A stretch of 64,000 bases of DNA from the sequence record NC_041919.1; one strand, written 5' to 3'. The position numbers and the translations under genes were made by a program. The notes beneath the pieces are model-generated. The model did no database searches and had not been told where the DNA came from. It saw nothing but the letters and a program-made list of their open reading frames with translations. This stretch comes from Escherichia phage HP3. This document shows, in pieces, positions 10,829 through 22,388 of this stretch (its first letter is position 1; every line of letters starts with the position of its first letter).

Positions 10829-11478
10829 TTAAACTCCGCATGCCTGCTGGTGGTGAAAGATACATTGATGGTAAATCAGTTTATAAATTATACTTAATGA
10901 TAAAACAACATATGAATGGAAAGTATGATGTTATTAAGTATAATTGGTGCATGCGGGTGTCTGATGCCGCTTATCAAAAGCGAAGGGATAAGTATTTTTT
11001 CCAGAAGTTATCAGAAAAATATAAATTAAAGGAACTTGCTTTAATCTTTATAAGCAATCTTGTTGCTAACCAGGATGCTTGGATTGGCGACATCTCTGAC
11101 GCTGATGCACTTGTGTTTTATCGTGAATATATCGGACGCTTAAAGCAAATTAAATTTAAGTTTGAAGAAGATATTCGCAACATTTATTATTTTAGTAAAA
11201 AAGTTGAAGTTTCTGCTTTTAAAGAAATCTTTGAGTATAATCCAAAAGTTCAATCAAGTTATATTTTTAAACTACTTCAATCGAATATAATTTCGTTTGA
11301 AACGTTTATCTTGCTTGATTCGTTTTTAAATATAATTGATAAACATGATGAACAGACTGATAATTTAGTCTGGAATAATTATTCTATAAAGTTAAAGGCT
11401 TATAGAAAAATTTTAAATATTGATTCACAGAAAGCTAAAAGTGTTTTTATTGAAACTGTGAAATCTTGCAAGTATTGA
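10825..11478 (+). CDS. 59: gp59 helicase (gp41) loader
   Basis: 217 aa; MIKLRMPAGGERYIDGKSVYKLYLMIKQHMNGKYD... matches T4 gp59; start overlaps 33 stop (ATGA). Confidence 0.9.
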   Translation: MIKLRMPAGGERYIDGKSVYKLYLMIKQHMNGKYDVIKYNWCMRVSDAAYQKRRDKYFFQKLSEKYKLKELALIFISNLVANQDAWIGDISDADALVFYREYIGRLKQIKFKFEEDIRNIYYFSKKVEVSAFKEIFEYNPKVQSSYIFKLLQSNIISFETFILLDSFLNIIDKHDEQTDNLVWNNYSIKLKAYRKILNIDSQKAKSVFIETVKSCKY

Positions 11479-11479
11479 T

Positions 11480-12112
11480 ATGAATATAGTATATTGGTTT
11501 ACATTTGAAGACCGTGTCAAAAATAAGACTCCACCGTACTACTATATCGGTAGTAAATTAAATTGCTCATTTGAGAACGGAATAATATATGACTCTTCCG
11601 GAAAGGAATACTGGAGCTCATGTAAACAAAAAAGATTTTTGAATGCGCTAATGCTTCAAAAACCGAGCGTTAAAATAATTCAAATTGATGATGACTTGGA
11701 TGTTATTGAAGCAGAACGAAAATACCAACTTGAAGTAAATGCAAGAGATAATCCAGACTATTTTAATCTGGTATATGCTGGTGGTGGATTTGGTGTGAGT
11801 GGTGAAACTCATCCAGCCAAAGACCCGGAAGTTAGAGAGCATATGAGATTGGCTAATTATATGAACCGTGACGATTTTAGACCTTGGAAAACATCACGAG
11901 CTAATATAGAGTCTTGGAAATTATCTCATATTGCTTACGAGAATTATGTGTTATTATTATCCTCTAATCTGTACGGTAAAACTCCTGGATGGCGAAGAGT
12001 TAAAGGTAATATAAATATAACTGATACAACTGCTAAATCGATGGTAAAGTATTTCAACTTAGGTTGGATACCTCTCGAAGACCCAGAGTATTGCGAATTA
12101 TGCCAGCTATGA
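11480..12112 (+). CDS. GIY-YIG family endonuclease, free-standing homing-endonuclease-like (T4 segG position between 59 and 32)
   Basis: 210 aa; N-terminal IVYWFTF...PPYYYIGSK resembles the GIY...YIG module; occupies the 59/32 junction where T4 carries segG. Confidence 0.6.
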   Translation: MNIVYWFTFEDRVKNKTPPYYYIGSKLNCSFENGIIYDSSGKEYWSSCKQKRFLNALMLQKPSVKIIQIDDDLDVIEAERKYQLEVNARDNPDYFNLVYAGGGFGVSGETHPAKDPEVREHMRLANYMNRDDFRPWKTSRANIESWKLSHIAYENYVLLLSSNLYGKTPGWRRVKGNINITDTTAKSMVKYFNLGWIPLEDPEYCELCQL

Positions 12113-12166
12113 GGTAAAGTGTCATAGCACCAACTGTTAATTAAATTAAATTAAAAAGGAAATAAA
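12108..12166 (+). promoter_or_regulatory. gene 32 translational operator (pseudoknot plus unstructured UUAAA-repeat leader) for gp32 autoregulation
   Basis: TGAGGTAAAGTGTCATAGCACCAACTGTTAATTAAATTAAATTAAAAAGGAAATAAA immediately 5' of the gene 32 ATG; matches the T4 gene 32 leader as remembered. Confidence 0.7.
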
Positions 12167-13072
12167 ATGTTTAAACGTAAATCTACTGCTGAACTTGCTG
12201 CACAAATGGCTAAACTGAATGGCAATAAAGGTTTTTCTTCTGAAGATAAAGGCGAGTGGAAACTGAAACTCGATAATGCGGGTAACGGTCAAGCAGTAAT
12301 TCGTTTTCTTCCGTCTAAAAATGATGAACAAGCACCATTCGCAATTCTTGTAAATCACGGTTTCAAGAAAAATGGTAAATGGTATATTGAAACATGTTCA
12401 TCTACCCATGGTGATTACGATTCTTGCCCAGTATGTCAATACATCAGTAAAAATGATCTGTACAACACTGACAATAAAGAGTACAGTCTTGTTAAACGTA
12501 AAACTTCTTACTGGGCTAATATTCTTGTTGTAAAAGACCCAGCTGCTCCAGAAAATGAAGGTAAAGTATTTAAATATCGTTTCGGTAAGAAAATCTGGGA
12601 TAAAATCAATGCAATGATTGCGGTTGATGTTGAAATGGGTGAAACTCCGGTTGATGTAACTTGTCCGTGGGAAGGTGCTAACTTTGTACTGAAAGTTAAA
12701 CAAGTTTCCGGATTTAGTAACTACGATGAATCTAAATTCCTGAATCAATCTGCGATTCCAAACATTGATGATGAATCTTTCCAGAAAGAACTGTTCGAAC
12801 AAATGGTTGACCTTTCTGAAATGACTTCTAAAGATAAATTCAAATCGTTTGAAGAACTGAGCACTAAGTTCAGTCAAGTTATGGGAACTGCTGCTATGGG
12901 TGGTGCCGCTGCAACTGCTGCTAAGAAAGCTGATAAAGTTGCTGATGATTTGGATGCATTCAATGTTGATGACTTCAATACAAAAACTGAAGATGATTTT
13001 ATGAGCTCAAGCTCTGGCAGTTCATCTAGTGCTGATGACACAGACCTGGATGACCTTTTGAATGACCTTTAA
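12167..13072 (+). CDS. 32: gp32 single-stranded DNA binding protein
   Basis: 301 aa; [49 protein letters not shown]... and acidic C-terminus match T4 gp32. Confidence 0.97.
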
Positions 13073-13094
13073 TAGATTATATTACTAATTAATT

Positions 13095-13120
13095 GGGGAC
13101 CCTAGAGGTCCCCTTTTTTA
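13095..13120 (+). terminator. rho-independent terminator after gene 32
   Basis: GGGGACC-ctaga-GGTCCCC hairpin followed by TTTTTT. Confidence 0.8.
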
Positions 13121-13143
13121 TTTCAAAAATTTTTCATAAAACG

Positions 13144-13173
13144 GTTTACATCCTTGTCCTTCCATGGTACTAT
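13144..13173 (+). promoter_or_regulatory. T4-type early promoter
   Basis: GTTTAC at 13144-13149, 18 nt spacer, TG-n-TACTAT -10 region; precedes the ORF at 13217. Confidence 0.5.
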
Positions 13174-13216
13174 ACAACTATCGGCAATACTGCTGATAAT
13201 TAAAGAGGAAAATAAT

Positions 13217-13444
13217 ATGGCTAAAGTTGATATTGACATCGTTGATTTTGAATATATTGAAGAAATTATTCGTAATCGTTATCCTGAACTTAGTATCACA
13301 AGTGTACAAGATTCTAAGTTTTGGAGTATTCAAATCGTTATTGAAGGTCCTTTAGAAGTTCTTGAGCGGTTTATGGCTAATGAATACTGCGATGGTATGG
13401 ATGCTGAAGACGTAGAATTTTACATGGGACTGATTGAACAATAA
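13217..13444 (+). CDS. hypothetical early protein (frd.3 position)
   Basis: 75 aa from ATG 13217 with AAGAGGAA Shine-Dalgarno; ORF-track start 13154 lies inside the promoter. Confidence 0.5.
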   Translation: MAKVDIDIVDFEYIEEIIRNRYPELSITSVQDSKFWSIQIVIEGPLEVLERFMANEYCDGMDAEDVEFYMGLIEQ

Positions 13445-13489
13445 TTATCAAGGGGCTATTAAGCCCCTATTAAAATGAGGAAAATCAAA

Positions 13490-13876
13490 ATGGAAATCGG
13501 CAAAAAATACGAGTTAAATCCACATCGTATTAAATCTTTCATTGATATTAGTTCATCAAATGCTAGTATGGTCGGCATCATTCAAGAAAATGGCGGTTGG
13601 TTTGAAGTTAAATCAATATCAAGTTTAGATGGCTTTGATTATGTAACCGAAATCATTTGTGCTAATGGTGAAATCTATAATGATGATGGTATGGGTGATG
13701 ATTATTTTGAACTTAGTGAAGAAGAGTTTTATTGTTTCCGCGAATATAAAGAACCGACTTCTGAAGAGGATGAAGTCAAAGACAAGGTTTCTGGCGTAAC
13801 AAAAATTCACTGCATTGTTGACGAAAACAATGCAGATGAAATCATTGAACTTTTGCGAAAAACTTTCAAAAAGTAG
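13490..13876 (+). CDS. hypothetical early protein (frd.2 position)
   Basis: 128 aa from ATG 13490 preceded by GAGGA; acidic C-terminal part. Confidence 0.5.
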   Translation: MEIGKKYELNPHRIKSFIDISSSNASMVGIIQENGGWFEVKSISSLDGFDYVTEIICANGEIYNDDGMGDDYFELSEEEFYCFREYKEPTSEEDEVKDKVSGVTKIHCIVDENNADEIIELLRKTFKK

Positions 13877-13905
13877 TTTACATCAGGGTAGTAGTGTGAT
13901 ACTAT
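13876..13905 (+). promoter_or_regulatory. T4-type early promoter with flanking imperfect inverted repeat
   Basis: GTTTAC 13876-13881, 17-18 nt spacer, TGATACTAT -10; GGGTAGTAG...CTATTACCC inverted repeat brackets the -10. Confidence 0.45.
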
Positions 13906-13935
13906 TACCCTATCAAAACTAATGGAGAAAAGAAA

Positions 13936-14004
13936 ATGTTCGCACCTTATATTATGGCAGCAGTTATGTTGGTCTGTTTATATCTTTTGATTAAAGCTTG
14001 CTAA
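13936..14004 (+). CDS. very small hydrophobic peptide (22 aa)
   Basis: ATG 13936 preceded by GGAGAAAAG; translation MFAPYIMAAVMLVCLYLLIKAC, a single predicted membrane helix; downstream of an early promoter; below ORF-track size cut-off. Confidence 0.35.
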   Translation: MFAPYIMAAVMLVCLYLLIKAC

Positions 14005-14014
14005 GGAGAATAAA

Positions 14015-14257
14015 ATGAGATTACAACGTCAGAGTATCAAAGATTCAGAAGTTAGAGGTAAATGGTATTTTAATATCATCGGTAAAGATTCTGAACTTGT
14101 TGAAAAAGCTGAACATCTTTTACGTGATATGGGATGGGAAGATGAATGCGATGGATGTCCTCTTTATGAAGATGGAGAAAGCGCGGGATTTTGGATTTAC
14201 TATTCTGACGTTGAACAGTTTAAAGCTGATTGGAAAATTGTGAAAAAGTCTGTTTAA
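14015..14257 (+). CDS. hypothetical early protein (frd.1 position)
   Basis: 80 aa; AAGGAG Shine-Dalgarno; tight packing. Confidence 0.5.
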   Translation: MRLQRQSIKDSEVRGKWYFNIIGKDSELVEKAEHLLRDMGWEDECDGCPLYEDGESAGFWIYYSDVEQFKADWKIVKKSV

Positions 14258-14267
14258 GGAAAATAAT

Positions 14268-15094
<827 letters not shown>

Positions 15095-15114
15095 AATAAC
15101 ACGTGGCGGAAAAT

Positions 15115-15462
15115 ATGAATTTTAATTATTACCCTATTCTATTAGAAGAAGACGCGAAACAGCCAAAGTGGCAGGGTCCTCAGTTTATTAAAGGTGTCTA
15201 TCAATTAGTAGTTCCTAAAGACAAGATTTATAGCAGTTGTTTCACTGAATCCGCTTGCAGTATTTTCGGTAATAGTTCTCCGTATTGGAATTTTGACATA
15301 AAGCTGGATAGAAATATCGATATTTGGTTGAAAGCTATGGATATTGGTAATATCACGTTTGATGAGAATAATTATCATATTATTGGTCGCTTTTCCAAAC
15401 GCGGTAAAGAATTATATTTCACGCCTGAAATTGAGAGAAAATTTGATGCTAAACCGTATTGA
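15115..15462 (+). CDS. hypothetical protein inserted between frd and td
   Basis: 115 aa from ATG 15115 (ORF track starts at GTG 15103); no motif recognised; sits where T4 frd and td abut. Confidence 0.5.
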   Translation: MNFNYYPILLEEDAKQPKWQGPQFIKGVYQLVVPKDKIYSSCFTESACSIFGNSSPYWNFDIKLDRNIDIWLKAMDIGNITFDENNYHIIGRFSKRGKELYFTPEIERKFDAKPY

Positions 15463-15507
15463 TTATTTAGCTTCATAAAATGTATTATAATTTATATAAG
15501 GTACTAA

Positions 15508-16056
15508 ATGAAACAATACCAAGATTTAATTAAAGACATTTTTGAAAATGGCTATGAAACTGATGACCGAACGGGCACAGGAACAATTGCTTTGTTCGGT
15601 ACTAAATTACGCTGGGATTTAACTAAAGGTTTTCCTGCAGTAACAACTAAGAAGCTCGCCTGGAAAGCTTGCATTGCTGAGCTACTTTGGTTTTTATCAG
15701 GAAGCACAAATGTCAATGATTTACGATTAATTCAGCATGATTCGTTAATCCAAGGCAAAACAGTTTGGGATGAAAATTACGAAAATCAGGCAAAAGATTT
15801 AGGATACCATAGTGGTGAACTTGGCCCAATTTATGGAAAACAGTGGCGCGATTTTGGCGGTGTAGACCAAATTATAGAAGTTATTGATCGTATTAAAAAA
15901 CTACCAAGTGATAGGCGTCAAATTGTTTCTGCGTGGAATCCAGCTGAACTTAAATATATGGCATTACCACCTTGTCATATGTTCTATCAGTTTAATGTGC
16001 GTAATGGTTATCTTGATTTACAATGGTATCAACGCAGTGTAGATGTTTTCTTGGGT
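15508..16056 (+). CDS. td: thymidylate synthase, exon 1
   Basis: 183 codons MKQYQDLIKDIFENGYETDDRTGTGT...QRSVDVFLG; reading frame broken by an in-frame TAA at the 5' splice site after ...TTGGGT. Confidence 0.9.
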
Positions 16057-16376
16057 TAATTGAGGCCTAGGTATAAGGTGACTTATACTTGTAATCTATC
16101 TAAACGGGGGACCTCTCTAGTAGACAATCCCGTGCTAAATTGTAGGACTACCCTTTAATAATTTCATCAGGATTAGTTACTTACCGTGTAAAATCTGATA
16201 AATGGAATTGGTTCTACATAAATGCCTAACGACTATCCCTTTGGGGAGTAGGGTCAAGTGACTCGAAACGATAGACAACTTGCTTTAACAAGTTGAAGAT
16301 ATAGTCTGATCTGCATGGTGACATGCAGCTGGATATAATTCCGGGGTAAGATTAACGACCTTATCTGAACATAATG
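16057..16376 (+). ncRNA. group I self-splicing intron in td, lacking a homing endonuclease ORF
   Basis: Starts TAATTGAGGCC..., ends ...CTGAACATAATG with terminal G; conserved td-intron core segments (GGTGACTTATACTTGTAATCTATCTAAACGGGG, CCCTTTGGGGAGTAGGGTCAAGTGACTCGAAACGATAGACAACTTGC, CATGGTGACATGCAGCTGGATATAATTCCGGGGTAAGATTAACGACC); 320 nt, no ORF >= 60 aa in any frame. Confidence 0.85.
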
Positions 16377-16688
16377 CTTCCATTTAATATTGCATCATAT
16401 GCTACGTTAGTTCATATTGTAGCTAAGATGTGTAATCTTATTCCGGGAGATTTGATATTTTCCGGTGGTAATACTCATATCTATATGAATCACGTAGAAC
16501 AATGTAAAGAAATTTTGCGTCGTGAACCTAAAGAGCTTTGTGAACTGGTAATAGGCGGATTGCCTTATAAATTCCGCTATCTTTCTACTAAAGAACAATT
16601 GGAATACATTCTTAAACTCAGGCCTAAAGATTTCGTTCTCAAAGATTATCAGTCCCACGGCGTCTTGAAAGGAAAAATGGCGGTGTAA
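16377..16688 (+). CDS. td: thymidylate synthase, exon 2
   Basis: LPFNIASYATLVHIVAKMCNLIPGDLIFSGGNTHIYMNHVEQ... continues the TS fold; exons 1+2 give 286 aa, as in T4 TS. Confidence 0.9.
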   Translation, partial: LPFNIASYATLVHIVAKMCNLIPGDLIFSGGNTHIYMNHVEQCKEILRREPKELCELVIGGLPYKFRYLSTKEQLEYILKLRPKDFVLKDYQSHGVLKGKMAV

Positions 16689-16711
16689 TTTCAATTTAAT
16701 TGCGAGGATAT

Positions 16712-16975
16712 ATGATTTTACGATTTAAAGATACTTCTGGTGCAGTTCTTTTTACACTTCCTAATCCAAGTGAGCTAGAAGTTCCAGGACCAAATCAGCC
16801 TATTATCATTTATGGCAAAAAATATTATACTCATAAAATGACTCGTGAGTATTTTGATAATAAAATTTCTACAGTTAAAACTTCTTCTGATTGTTACTAT
16901 GATATTACTGTTTTAACGGAAAAACAATATGACGAATTATCACCGCGCGGGCCGTCTATGTCGGGTAGTGAATAA
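16712..16975 (+). CDS. hypothetical protein
   Basis: 87 aa from ATG 16712 with GAGGA Shine-Dalgarno (ORF track starts at TTG 16700). Confidence 0.5.
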   Translation: MILRFKDTSGAVLFTLPNPSELEVPGPNQPIIIYGKKYYTHKMTREYFDNKISTVKTSSDCYYDITVLTEKQYDELSPRGPSMSGSE

Positions 16976-17255
16976 ATATAAATCCGACTTTGATGTCAAT
17001 ATTCACCGCGGTACATTTTGGGGAAATTACGTCGGTAAAGATGCTGGCAGCCGGGAGGCTGCCATTGAATTATTCAAAAAAGATTTTATACGTCGAATTA
17101 AATCCGGAGAAATAACTAAAGCACATTTAGAGCCTTTACGTGGAATGAGGCTAGGATGCACATGTAAACCAAAGCCGTGTCATGGTGATATAATAGCTCA
17201 TATAGTTAACCGATTGTTTAAAGACGATTTTCAAGTTGAGGACTTATGCAATTAA
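16929..17255 (+). CDS. hypothetical protein with Cys/His cluster (nrdA.1 position)
   Basis: 108 aa; ...[12 protein letters not shown]...; start uncertain because it overlaps the preceding ORF by 47 nt; stop overlaps nrdA start. Confidence 0.45.
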   Translation: MTNYHRAGRLCRVVNKYKSDFDVNIHRGTFWGNYVGKDAGSREAAIELFKKDFIRRIKSGEITKAHLEPLRGMRLGCTCKPKPCHGDIIAHIVNRLFKDDFQVEDLCN

Positions 17256-19510
17256 TTAATGTTATCAAAAGTAGTGGTGTTTCTCAGAGCTTTGACCCGC
17301 AAAAAATTATTAAAGTTTTATCTTGGGCAGCTGAGGGAACATCAGTAGATCCTTATGAATTATATGAAAATATTAAATCATATCTCCGTGATGGAATGAC
17401 AACTGATGACATTCAGACTATTGTCATTAAGGCTGCTGCGAATTCTATTTCGGTTGAAGAACCTGATTATCAATATGTAGCTGCACGTTGTTTAATGTTT
17501 GCTCTTCGTAAGCATGTTTATGGGCAGTATGAACCACGTTCATTTATTGACCATATTTCTTACTGTGTAAATGAAGGTAAATATGACCCCGAATTATTGT
17601 CAAAATATTCAGCAGAAGAAATTACATTTTTAGAATCAAAAATTAAGCACGAACGGGATATGGAATTTACTTATTCCGGGGCGATGCAATTAAAAGAAAA
17701 ATATCTAGTTAAAGATAAAACCACTGGTCAAATTTATGAAACTCCACAGTTTGCATTTATGACTATTGGAATGGCATTGCATCAAGATGAACCTGTTGAT
17801 AGATTAAAACATGTTATTCGTTTTTATGAAGCAGTATCTACTCGACAGATTTCATTACCAACTCCTATTATGGCTGGTTGCCGTACTCCGACTCGACAGT
17901 TCAGTTCATGCGTTGTTATTGAGGCAGGAGATTCATTGAAGTCTATCAATAAGGCTTCCGCTTCGATTGTTGAATATATCTCTAAACGCGCTGGAATTGG
18001 TATTAACGTTGGTATGATTCGTGCTGAAGGTTCTAAGATTGGCATGGGTGAAGTACGCCATACTGGTGTTATTCCTTTTTGGAAACATTTTCAGACTGCT
18101 GTTAAATCATGTTCACAGGGTGGAATTCGTGGCGGCGCTGCTACTGCTTATTATCCTATTTGGCATTTGGAAGTTGAAAATCTTCTCGTTTTGAAAAATA
18201 ACAAAGGCGTAGAAGAAAACCGCATTCGTCATATGGATTATGGTGTTCAACTGAATGATTTGATGATGGAACGATTCGGAAAGAACGATTACATTACTTT
18301 GTTCAGTCCGCATGAAATGGGTGGAGAGCTTTATTATTCTTATTTTAAAGACAAAGACCGTTTCCGTGAATTATACGAAGCAGCAGAAAAAGACCCTAAT
18401 ATTCGTAAAAAGCGTATTAAAGCCCGTGAACTATTTGAATTGCTCATGACTGAACGTTCAGGAACAGCAAGGATTTATGTACAGTTCATTGATAATACGA
18501 ATAACTATACTCCGTTTATTCGTGAAAAGGCACCTATTCGTCAGAGTAACTTGTGCTGTGAAATTGCTATTCCAACAAATGATGTGAATAGTCCTGATGC
18601 TGAAATTGGATTGTGTACTCTCTCTGCATTCGTACTAGATAATTTTGACTGGCAAGACCAAGATAAAATTAATGAATTGGCAGAAGTTCAAGTTCGTGCT
18701 CTTGATAATCTGTTGGATTACCAAGGATATCCAGTTCCTGAAGCAGAAAAAGCTAAAAAGCGTCGAAATCTTGGCGTAGGTGTTACCAACTATGCAGCTT
18801 GGCTGGCAAGTAACTTTGCTTCTTATGAAGATGCTAACGATTTAACGCATGAACTATTTGAGAGATTACAGTATGGACTCATTAAAGCATCCATTAAGCT
18901 CGCCAAAGAAAAAGGACCTTGCGAATATTATTCAGACACTCGTTGGTCTCGAGGCGAATTACCTATCGACTGGTACAATAAAAAGATTGACCAAATCGCA
19001 GCTCCAAAATACGTTTGTGACTGGTCGTCGCTGCGGGAAGACCTTAAGCTCTTTGGCATCCGTAATAGCACATTATCAGCACTTATGCCATGTGAGTCAT
19101 CTTCCCAAGTTTCTAACAGTACAAACGGTATCGAGCCTCCACGTGGACCAGTCTCTGTTAAAGAATCAAAAGAGGGCTCCTTTAATCAAGTCGTGCCCAA
19201 TATTGAGCATAACATAGACCTTTACGACTATACATGGAAATTAGCTAAGAAAGGTAATAAACCTTATCTTACGCAGGTAGCTATTATGCTGAAATGGGTA
19301 TGTCAATCAGCTTCAGCGAATACATATTATGACCCGCAGATTTTTCCAAAAGGAAAGGTTCCAATGTCAATAATGATTGATGACATGCTATACGGGTGGT
19401 ATTATGGCATTAAAAATTTCTATTATCATAATACCCGTGATGGTTCTGGTACTGATGATTATGAAATAGAAACTCCAAAAGCTGAAGATTGTTCATCCTG
19501 TAAATTATGA
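17246..19510 (+). CDS. nrdA: aerobic ribonucleotide reductase large subunit
   Basis: 754 aa, same length as T4 NrdA; recognisable class I RNR alpha sequence. Confidence 0.95.
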   Translation: MQLINVIKSSGVSQSFDPQKIIKVLSWAAEGTSVDPYELYENIKSYLRDGMTTDDIQTIVIKAAANSISVEEPDYQYVAARCLMFALRKHVYGQYEPRSFIDHISYCVNEGKYDPELLSKYSAEEITFLESKIKHERDMEFTYSGAMQLKEKYLVKDKTTGQIYETPQFAFMTIGMALHQDEPVDRLKHVIRFYEAVSTRQISLPTPIMAGCRTPTRQFSSCVVIEAGDSLKSINKASASIVEYISKRAGIGINVGMIRAEGSKIGMGEVRHTGVIPFWKHFQTAVKSCSQGGIRGGAATAYYPIWHLEVENLLVLKNNKGVEENRIRHMDYGVQLNDLMMERFGKNDYITLFSPHEMGGELYYSYFKDKDRFRELYEAAEKDPNIRKKRIKARELFELLMTERSGTARIYVQFIDNTNNYTPFIREKAPIRQSNLCCEIAIPTNDVNSPDAEIGLCTLSAFVLDNFDWQDQDKINELAEVQVRALDNLLDYQGYPVPEAEKAKKRRNLGVGVTNYAAWLASNFASYEDANDLTHELFERLQYGLIKASIKLAKEKGPCEYYSDTRWSRGELPIDWYNKKIDQIAAPKYVCDWSSLREDLKLFGIRNSTLSALMPCESSSQVSNSTNGIEPPRGPVSVKESKEGSFNQVVPNIEHNIDLYDYTWKLAKKGNKPYLTQVAIMLKWVCQSASANTYYDPQIFPKGKVPMSIMIDDMLYGWYYGIKNFYYHNTRDGSGTDDYEIETPKAEDCSSCKL

Positions 19511-19561
19511 TATAATTTGACTCACGGACGAGTCACCAACTATTAACTAAGTGGAAAATTT

Positions 19562-20740
19562 ATGAGCACAGTTTTTAATACAAACCCAGTTGATGTTTTA
19601 AAAGAACCTATGTTTTTTGGTTCAGGTCTTGGTATTGCGCGTTATGATATTCAACGGCATCGAGTATTTGAAGAACTTACAGAGAAGTCCTTATCATTTT
19701 TCTGGCGCCCGGAAGAAGTAAACTTAATGATGGATGCTGCACAGTTTAATAAGCTTCCTCAGTATCAGCAAAATATTTTTACTAACAACTTGAAGTATCA
19801 ATCACTTTTGGATAGCATTCAGGGTCGTGCGCCGTCTGCTGTACTTATGTCATTAATTTCAGACCCAAGCCTTGATACGTGGATTGCTACATGGACTTTT
19901 AGTGAAACTATTCACAGTCGTTCATATACACATATCATGCGAAATCTTTATACTGATCCATCGAAGGTATTTGATGAGATTGTATTAGATGAAGCTATTA
20001 TGAAACGTGCTGAATCCATTGGACGTTATTATGATGATGTTCTGATTAAAACTCGTGAATGGGAAAATGCTAAAGAATTTGTAGAACTATCTAAAGAATC
20101 TCCTGATGCCGACTTTCGTTTAAACCGAGCTATTAAACAAGAAGCCGAAGCTAAACGTGCTTTAATGAAATCTCTTTACCTCTGTTTGCACGTTATTAAT
20201 GCATTAGAAGCTATTCGTTTTTATGTATCCTTTGCGTGTACCTTTAACTTCCATAAGAACATGGAAATCATGGAAGGTAATGCCAAGATTATGAAGTTCA
20301 TTGCGCGTGATGAGCAGCTTCATCTTAAAGGCACCCAATATATTATTCGTCAACTTCAACTTGGCACTGATGGCGATGAATGGGTTAAAATTGCTCAAGA
20401 GTGTGAACAAGAAGCAGTTGATATTTTCATGGAAGTTAACCGCCAAGAAAAAGATTGGGCAGTTCATTTATTTAAAGATGGAGATGTTCCTGGATTAAAT
20501 ACAAATAGCATGTGGAGCTTTATTGATTACTTAACTGTATCTCGTATGAAGCAGTGTGGTCTTCCATGCCCAATTACCGATGCTCCGGTTAAACATCCAT
20601 ATCCTTGGATTCGTGAATATCTTAATTCTGATAATGTTCAATCTGCACCACAAGAAGTAGAATTGTCATCTTACCTTGTTGCACAGATTGATAATGATGT
20701 TGATGATAAAGTTATGATGAGTTTTAAAAAATACTTTTAA
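19562..20740 (+). CDS. nrdB: aerobic ribonucleotide reductase small subunit (uninterrupted)
   Basis: 392 aa continuous ORF with recognisable R2 sequence; no intron. Confidence 0.95.
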   Translation: MSTVFNTNPVDVLKEPMFFGSGLGIARYDIQRHRVFEELTEKSLSFFWRPEEVNLMMDAAQFNKLPQYQQNIFTNNLKYQSLLDSIQGRAPSAVLMSLISDPSLDTWIATWTFSETIHSRSYTHIMRNLYTDPSKVFDEIVLDEAIMKRAESIGRYYDDVLIKTREWENAKEFVELSKESPDADFRLNRAIKQEAEAKRALMKSLYLCLHVINALEAIRFYVSFACTFNFHKNMEIMEGNAKIMKFIARDEQLHLKGTQYIIRQLQLGTDGDEWVKIAQECEQEAVDIFMEVNRQEKDWAVHLFKDGDVPGLNTNSMWSFIDYLTVSRMKQCGLPCPITDAPVKHPYPWIREYLNSDNVQSAPQEVELSSYLVAQIDNDVDDKVMMSFKKYF

Positions 20741-20745
20741 GGAGT

Positions 20746-20764
20746 GGGCCGCAAGGCCCATTTT
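20746..20764 (+). terminator. rho-independent terminator after nrdB
   Basis: GGGCC-gcaa-GGCCC hairpin then ATTTT. Confidence 0.6.
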
Positions 20765-20767
20765 ATT

Positions 20768-22355
<1,588 letters not shown>

Positions 22356-22358
22356 GCT

Positions 22359-22388
22359 GTTTACAAGTCCCTCGTGTTGTGTTATAGT
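22359..22388 (+). promoter_or_regulatory. T4-type early promoter (copy A of a repeated promoter/leader cassette)
   Basis: GTTTAC 22359-22364, 18 nt spacer, TGTTATAGT -10; leader continues to GAGGA and ATG. Confidence 0.55.

Noticed and set aside
15469-15491. Possible middle promoter upstream of td (AGCTTCA ... TATAAT)
   Set aside because: The box deviates from TGCTT and the spacer is only 10 nt; too weak to annotate.
16057-16376. Search for a homing endonuclease ORF inside the td intron
   Set aside because: The intron is only 320 nt with no ORF; it is annotated as ORF-less rather than calling a pseudogene.
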